Source: a virus
Lineage: Duplodnaviria; Caudoviricetes
IMG/VR virus record: IMGVR_UViG_3300048606_000012
Location: 1-24,079 of that record
DNA length: 24,079 nucleotides
Direction: 5' to 3' (one strand)
The translations under genes were made by a program, and so were the position numbers. A model generated the notes under the pieces. That model was not told where the DNA came from and searched no databases. It saw nothing but the letters and a program-made list of their open reading frames with translations. Positions 18,907 to 24,079 of the stretch are shown piece after piece. Each line of letters opens with the position of its first letter. Within the stretch, counting starts at the first letter, position 1.

Positions 18907-21465
18907 ATCTCTTTAGATAGATGGTATACATGTCAAAGAAATGATACTTTCGCTATTATAGCAAGTAAATTATACATAACTGTAGCTCAAATAGAGAGTA
19001 GAAATCCAACTGTAAATGTCAATAATGTTTATGAGGGCTTAAAATTAGTTGTTCCTTTGCCTCAAATGGATTACACCGTCATACAAGGGGAAACCTTTGC
19101 CACAATCGGCACTAAATTTAATACGACAAGCGCTACCATTCAAGAATTAAATCCTGACAAAAGCCCGAATAATGTTTATGGTGGTTTGGTCTTAAAGGTC
19201 CCACGGCCTGTAGGTGACTTCCAAGTTTTGACCAAAGAGCAGTTTGAATGGCAAGCGCTTTTATGTACATCGCAATATGAAACTTCCAGGCCATATCCAG
19301 AAAACTTTGGTGTAAGCGCTTCAAATTTTGATGGCGCAGGCCTAAGTTGGGGCGCAATCCAGTTTAACGCTAAGACAGGCCCATTAATTTCGATGTGGCA
19401 AACTATGATAAATAATTACCCAGAAGTAAGCTTGAAAGCTTTTACAGACAATGCAAGCAGAACGCTCGAATCGAATACAGCAAATTATAATTCATGGAAA
19501 ACATTATTTCTCGCAGGCGTTTTCGCTGATATTCTTGCATGGTCTGATGCTAGAGCTGACCTCGCTAAAAATAAACACGGTTTTATCGAGCCGTGGAATA
19601 CTTATTTTATGAATTTGGGTATTACTGCAGAGGCTCAAGAACTGCAGAAAACTAATGCGAGTTGGTATCACCAGATAGCCTTGCAATGGTTTAATGATTA
19701 TGGCCTGTGGTCTAGACAAGGATATGCCCTCATGTTTGATATTGCTGTACAATCTGGAAGTATGAATCCTAAAGTAAGTGGAGCCACTTATGATTTAATA
19801 GGCGAAATTAATACTTGGTATGCAGGGATCAGCAAGACAGGCAAAACAGCCACGCAATTAGAAGTAGAAAAGCTAGTGAAAATCGCAAATAGACGAGCTG
19901 ATTATATTGATAGTTCATGGCAGGCAGGGTACAGGGACCGAAAAGTAACACTTGCTGAAGGTTTTGGCGAAGTAAATGGCATGGCGATGAACACGGACTC
20001 TATGTATAACATGGGTTTAGAGCCTATGTATGTTACAAATGTTCCAGGCGAACTATGGTATCCTCTTGCAGAAATCCAAGCAAACACCACCCCGAGTGCT
20101 GTTGGCGATAATTATGTAACGGATGAAGATGTAACGTTAACAGTCGAGGCTGTAAATGGCCTGCTAAAGAATGATACGGACCCAGAGGGAAATAATTTAA
20201 CAGCTATTTTAGTTTCCTCGACTACATACGGGACGCTTGATTTAAGGCCTGATGGTGGCTTTACTTACATTCCAAATAAGAACTATAACGGTAATGACTT
20301 TTTCACCTATAAGGCTACTGATGGATTACTAGACTCGCCTAATGCAAGTGTGCAAATTACTGTTAACGCTGTAAAGGACCCACAGCCCTCAAATACGGAC
20401 GTTTACATTGTCCAGAGTGGAGAATACTTTTCTGTCATTGCAAGCCGTTACGGGCTAACTACAGCCGAATTAAGCGCATTGAATCCTGATGTGAACCCAG
20501 ATTTAATTTATGTGGGACAAGAGCTTTATGTGCCTAGACCAGATTATGACCCACCAGAAATGCCGACATTTATTAGAACCGTAGGCGATAGCTTAGAAGT
20601 TTCAGCAATCGTAACCGATAATAACGGGCTAACCGTTAAATTGATTGTGGACGCTAGTTTAAAATCTGATTTCACTTCCTTTATCGAGACAAAAGAAAGC
20701 GCTTTTGTTTCAAGTGGCTCTAGGGTTTATGTGTGGTTAAACTCCCTTGATTTTAATACGATTTCAACGACTATTTATTTAAGAGTCCGAGCAAACAATG
20801 GGAGTCATGATTCGCCTGAGAGACAAGTCGAATATGTTTATACAGTTCCACAGCCAGCTAACACACAAATTTATACAGTACTTGCAGGCGAAACACTTTC
20901 AAGTATAAGCGTAAAATTCAATACCACGATAAACAAATTATTAGAGCTAAACCCATTCGTGGAGGCTGTAAACGTTTATCAAGGGCAACAAATGTATGTT
21001 CCGACTTATGTAGAGCCAGAACCACCGCCTGTTATTGGTCCATTACCAATAGGCTATTATCCCTTAGAAGGTAGCAAGACCGATTGGAAACCAACTGATT
21101 ACTTAGACTTTGAGCAAATGAATCGAATGGAAAGCACTATACAACTTCTGAAAGATGTAGCTAAAGATTACGGAAGTGTTTCATTTTCTTTCGAAGTTTC
21201 GACAGACCGAACCGAAAGACATACCGAATGGGCCGATAGTTTCAATCGAATCGAAGAGGGCATTTTAACAATAGCAGAGTTTTTTAACTTAGAAAATTCA
21301 ATCGAAGTGCCTAAAACAAACTGGAAAGCACTTGATCCTGTATCTTACGTTGATATGAACCGAATTGAAAAGAACATTTTAGATTTATATAAATTCGTAC
21401 ATGGAAATTTAGGTCTTATAAAATATTGTGGTCAAACTACAGTAGGTGACGAAGGAGTGGCGTAA
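18907..21465 (+). CDS. Baseplate/tail protein with 4 LysM domains, lysozyme-like domain and cadherin-like Ig domain (ORF track start 19057; likely true start ATC 18907)
   Basis: LysM repeats at ~18922, 19069, 20401 and 20869. Lysozyme-like motifs YETS...NFDGAGLSWGAIQFN...FDIAVQSG. Cadherin-like NDTDPEG...DGGFTY.P...G.D.FTY..TDG. C-terminal KT.W....D.NRIE repeats of tail-fibre adaptors. Confidence 0.8.
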   Translation: MSLDRWYTCQRNDTFAIIASKLYITVAQIESRNPTVNVNNVYEGLKLVVPLPQMDYTVIQGETFATIGTKFNTTSATIQELNPDKSPNNVYGGLVLKVPRPVGDFQVLTKEQFEWQALLCTSQYETSRPYPENFGVSASNFDGAGLSWGAIQFNAKTGPLISMWQTMINNYPEVSLKAFTDNASRTLESNTANYNSWKTLFLAGVFADILAWSDARADLAKNKHGFIEPWNTYFMNLGITAEAQELQKTNASWYHQIALQWFNDYGLWSRQGYALMFDIAVQSGSMNPKVSGATYDLIGEINTWYAGISKTGKTATQLEVEKLVKIANRRADYIDSSWQAGYRDRKVTLAEGFGEVNGMAMNTDSMYNMGLEPMYVTNVPGELWYPLAEIQANTTPSAVGDNYVTDEDVTLTVEAVNGLLKNDTDPEGNNLTAILVSSTTYGTLDLRPDGGFTYIPNKNYNGNDFFTYKATDGLLDSPNASVQITVNAVKDPQPSNTDVYIVQSGEYFSVIASRYGLTTAELSALNPDVNPDLIYVGQELYVPRPDYDPPEMPTFIRTVGDSLEVSAIVTDNNGLTVKLIVDASLKSDFTSFIETKESAFVSSGSRVYVWLNSLDFNTISTTIYLRVRANNGSHDSPERQVEYVYTVPQPANTQIYTVLAGETLSSISVKFNTTINKLLELNPFVEAVNVYQGQQMYVPTYVEPEPPPVIGPLPIGYYPLEGSKTDWKPTDYLDFEQMNRMESTIQLLKDVAKDYGSVSFSFEVSTDRTERHTEWADSFNRIEEGILTIAEFFNLENSIEVPKTNWKALDPVSYVDMNRIEKNILDLYKFVHGNLGLIKYCGQTTVGDEGVA

Positions 21466-21996
21466 ATGGCAGTAGATTATAATAAAACCAGGTGGGAAAA
21501 CCGAGAAGTTGAAAGGCCCAGGACTTATCAACTTGTAGACAATGGTGACGGTACAACTACCCTTATTCCTGCAGAGGGAAATGTTTTAAGTGAAGGAACT
21601 CCGATTGTAGCGACTACCATGCAACAAATTGAGGACGCTATCGAAATGTTATCCATCACAAGTCAAATTTCCGAAAAAGGCCAAACCTCAAATGGTCATT
21701 ATCTTAAATTTTCAAATGGCAATCTATTATGTTGGGGCCTCATGTCTTTTAGTGCTACCACAGGCGCAAATGGAGCTTTACACTCTGTAACACTACCGAC
21801 AAAGGGCCTGCCTGCCTCATTTAGTCATACGACTTATTTCTGTGGGGTAACTCCTTATTTCACCGAATGTGTGGGGGTTGATATACGTTCACGGGCAGTA
21901 GATTTTTTTGAGCCTAGAATTTTTACGATTTCGCCTATGACAGATAAGTATATTGAAATGGGTTATTTCTGTTTCGGAAGGTGGTATGAGAGTTGA
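21466..21996 (+). CDS. Short tail fibre / receptor-binding protein with gp53-like C-terminal domain
   Basis: N-terminal Y.KT.W.N..VE.P..Y...EGTP..A..M..IE anchor and NGHYLKFSNGNLLCWG motif. Confidence 0.7.
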   Translation: MAVDYNKTRWENREVERPRTYQLVDNGDGTTTLIPAEGNVLSEGTPIVATTMQQIEDAIEMLSITSQISEKGQTSNGHYLKFSNGNLLCWGLMSFSATTGANGALHSVTLPTKGLPASFSHTTYFCGVTPYFTECVGVDIRSRAVDFFEPRIFTISPMTDKYIEMGYFCFGRWYES

Positions 21997-22265
21997 GAAT
22001 TTTATATTCACCAGTTCGTAGTGATAAATTTATTGGTTATTCTTTCGCAGGCGAAATTATTACATGCGACATGGAAGAAGGTCGGGATACATTCGACTTT
22101 TCTACTATGCCTAATGGAATAGCTGAAAATATTACAACCATTTTGCCTACAAACCCGATTTTACGGGCCGAACGAAAAGATGGTATTTTAAGTGTCGAAC
22201 TTGTCAAATACATCAAGGAAGATGCAACAGAAGCAGAACGTTTCCCTGAATGGATGGAGGTTTAA
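21993..22265 (+). CDS. Small tail-associated hypothetical protein
   Basis: 90 aa, overlaps the upstream stop (TTGA). DTFDFS.MPNG...RFPEW pattern. Confidence 0.7.
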   Translation: MRILYSPVRSDKFIGYSFAGEIITCDMEEGRDTFDFSTMPNGIAENITTILPTNPILRAERKDGILSVELVKYIKEDATEAERFPEWMEV

Positions 22266-22266
22266 C

Positions 22267-22401
22267 ATGGGAGAAATTATTTGGAAAACTCAAGAAGAAA
22301 TCGACCTAGAGCTACAGAATCCTAAATTAAGTGATATTGAAGAGTTAGCCAAACAGCAAACCGATTTAGTATTCACATTAATGACTAATGGGGTGATTTG
22401 A
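22267..22401 (+). CDS. Small tail-associated protein (XkdW-position), 44 aa
   Basis: SD ggagg at 22256-22260 and ATG 22267 (rather than 22192). Stop overlaps the next ATG. Confidence 0.7.
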   Translation: MGEIIWKTQEEIDLELQNPKLSDIEELAKQQTDLVFTLMTNGVI

Positions 22402-22535
22402 TGGATTGGTACACATTTGCACTCATAGACTTTAGGATTTACAAAGAGCCTGAAAGAATTAAGCAGTATGTCATTAAAGAAAAAATCACAGCTGAACATT
22501 ATCAGCAGATTACAGGCGAGACTTATCAGGTATGA
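22401..22535 (+). CDS. xkdX: XkdX-family protein (44 aa, not in ORF track)
   Basis: MDWYTFALIDFRIYKEPERIKQYVIKEKITAEHYQQITGETYQV, with the XkdX signature IT.E.Y..ITGE.Y. TGATG coupling at the start and ATGA coupling at the end. Confidence 0.85.
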   Translation: MDWYTFALIDFRIYKEPERIKQYVIKEKITAEHYQQITGETYQV

Positions 22536-22780
22536 ATAACGACATCGTTTTAACAATCATCCAAATTGTATTTAGCCTGATATTTGAAGGGATCATCCTT
22601 TCAATGGTGTTTGCTTTTATCGCCAATCAAACAAGCGAAAAGCAAAATAATGCCCTAAAAACTGAAATGTCTAACATAGAAGTGCAAAACAAATTTATTT
22701 ATGAACAATTACTAAAATCAATCGAAAACTCAAAAACTGAGGTTATAAGCCAAATCAAAGAAAGCGAGGCCAACAAATGA
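22532..22780 (+). CDS. Membrane protein, holin-like / lysis accessory
   Basis: One N-terminal hydrophobic helix plus a coiled-coil tail, located before the holin. Confidence 0.55.
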   Translation: MNNDIVLTIIQIVFSLIFEGIILSMVFAFIANQTSEKQNNALKTEMSNIEVQNKFIYEQLLKSIENSKTEVISQIKESEANK

Positions 22781-23100
22781 ACTTTGATTTAGATTTTATC
22801 ATGTCTAACGCTTTAGTAATTGTTCCTATCGTTATTGCGATTACACAGGCCATCAAGCTTACAGGATTCGTCAAAGACCACTTTTCGCCTTTGGTTTCTA
22901 TCGTAGTCGGGATTTTAGTCGGTTGGATGGGTCATCATGAAAACCCTGAATTATCTACGATTCTTTTAGGTGGAACTATTTATGGCTTAATTGCTTCTGG
23001 CCTGTATTCTGGTGTTAAAACGACTATGCAGGCTAGAAACCAACAAATAGCAGAAGAAGCACGAAAAAAACAAGCACAAAGGGGTAAACAAAATGATTAA
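22777..23100 (+). CDS. Holin
   Basis: 2-3 hydrophobic segments, GLIASGLYS motif, basic C-terminus, upstream of the endolysin. Confidence 0.8.
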   Translation: MNFDLDFIMSNALVIVPIVIAITQAIKLTGFVKDHFSPLVSIVVGILVGWMGHHENPELSTILLGGTIYGLIASGLYSGVKTTMQARNQQIAEEARKKQAQRGKQND

Positions 23101-23719
23101 AAAGCTCACAGCACTAATCTTAGTATCACTTTGCTTTATGGCTGTTTACAATCCACCACGGACAGACGCCCAAAGCTTTAAGACTCATGTAGTCCAAACG
23201 GGAGACAGCATGTGGAAAATCAGCGTGAAGTATCAAATAGGCCTAAGTGAAATTGTACAGGCTAATCCAAGTGTAAAAAATCCTGCTATGATTTACCCAG
23301 GACAAAAATTAAATGTGCCGAATATCGACAATGTAAAAAATGTCGAAACTGAGGTTTTAACTCTTGTGAATCAAGAACGTCAGAAAGCAGGCCTAAAGCC
23401 TTTGGAAATGGATTGGGAACTACAACGTGTAGCTCGCATGAAATCAGAAGATATGGCGAAAAAGAATTACTTTAGCCACACAAGCCCGACATATGGCTCA
23501 CCTTTTGACATGATGAAACAGTTTGGTATATCTTTCCGTACTGCAGGCGAAAACATTGCTACTGGTCAAAGGACAGCCCAGGAAGTAATGGATTCATGGA
23601 TGAAGTCACAAGGTCACCGAGAAAATATTCTTAAATCTGATTTCACTCATATTGGTGTCGGTTACTACCGTGGAGGCAGTTACGGCACAATGTGGACGCA
23701 AATGTTTATCGCTAAATAA
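23093..23719 (+). CDS. Secreted SafA-type LysM + CAP/SCP (YkwD-like) protein
   Basis: Signal peptide MIKKLTALILVSLCFM...DA. LysM HVVQTGDSMWKIS...NP.VKNP.MIYPGQKL. CAP motifs LVNQER, FSHTSPTYGSPF, GENIA, WMKSQGHRENIL and WTQMF. Confidence 0.9.
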   Translation: MIKKLTALILVSLCFMAVYNPPRTDAQSFKTHVVQTGDSMWKISVKYQIGLSEIVQANPSVKNPAMIYPGQKLNVPNIDNVKNVETEVLTLVNQERQKAGLKPLEMDWELQRVARMKSEDMAKKNYFSHTSPTYGSPFDMMKQFGISFRTAGENIATGQRTAQEVMDSWMKSQGHRENILKSDFTHIGVGYYRGGSYGTMWTQMFIAK

Positions 23720-23767
23720 AACCTTGCTCATAGGATAAAATAATTTTACTTTGAGAGGGGGCAAAAC

Positions 23768-24079
23768 ATGGTTAAAATATTTTTAGACCCAGGCCACGGT
23801 GGCGCTGATACAGGCGCTATCGGTAATGACCTTCATGAAAAAAATATTGTTTTGGACTTAGCAAAGAGAATCGAGCAAAAATTACAGGCCTTTAAAGATA
23901 TTGAAATAAAATTATCCCGTGTCAGTGATGTTTTCCTGCCACTTACCGAACGAACTGACATAGCTAATTCATGGGGTGCTGATTGCTTTTTGAGCTTACA
24001 TTTGAACTCAGCCACCGATAAAAGCGCTAGAGGCTTCGAGTCTTTTATATATTCTGGCACGACCAATAAATCGACAATT
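23768..24079 (+). CDS. N-acetylmuramoyl-L-alanine amidase (Amidase_3, CwlC-like) endolysin, truncated at window end (not in ORF track)
   Basis: MVKIFLDPGHGGADTGAIGNDLHEK...ERTDIANSWGADCFLSLHLNS...GFESFIY, with Zn ligands H, E, H. SD gagagggg upstream. Confidence 0.92.
   Translation, partial: MVKIFLDPGHGGADTGAIGNDLHEKNIVLDLAKRIEQKLQAFKDIEIKLSRVSDVFLPLTERTDIANSWGADCFLSLHLNSATDKSARGFESFIYSGTTNKSTI

Larger units (their letters stand above)
1..24079 (+). mobile_element. Siphovirus-type phage/prophage structural and lysis module
   Basis: Canonical gene order from terminase to lysis. No integrase or att site in the window, so free phage versus prophage cannot be determined. Confidence 0.95.

Noticed and set aside
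21660-21996. Diversity-generating retroelement target in the fibre C-terminus
   Set aside because: No template repeat or reverse transcriptase in the window.
23833-24066. 77 aa minus-strand ORF
   Set aside because: Antisense to the clear amidase gene starting at 23768.
1-24079. CRISPR array, tRNA, intron/intein, or stop-codon recoding
   Set aside because: No regularly spaced repeats or cloverleaf seen. Core genes are of normal length and uninterrupted under the standard code.

Overview
This window is the morphogenesis and lysis region of a Bacillaceae-type siphophage or prophage with an HK97-like head. All real genes are on the + strand, in this order: terminase small and large subunits, portal, a 6 kb insert, prohead protease, major capsid, connectors, tail tube, frameshifted tail chaperones, short tape measure, Dit/hub, a multi-LysM muramidase baseplate protein, a small fibre, XkdX, holins, a LysM-CAP protein and an Amidase_3 endolysin cut off by the window end. 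Four things stand out. (1) An asymmetric motif, CAGGC with the longer form AGGCGAAA, is strongly over-represented across the coding sequence, on both strands and in several reading frames. (2) A three-gene cassette (collagen fibre, LamG/FN3/PL14-like lyase, intracellular subtilisin) sits between portal and prohead protease. (3) The baseplate gene has an extra LysM domain reachable only from an apparent ATC start. (4) Several genes resemble sporulation or stationary-phase proteins. Family calls come from recognising motifs, with no database search, and all counts are hand counts.
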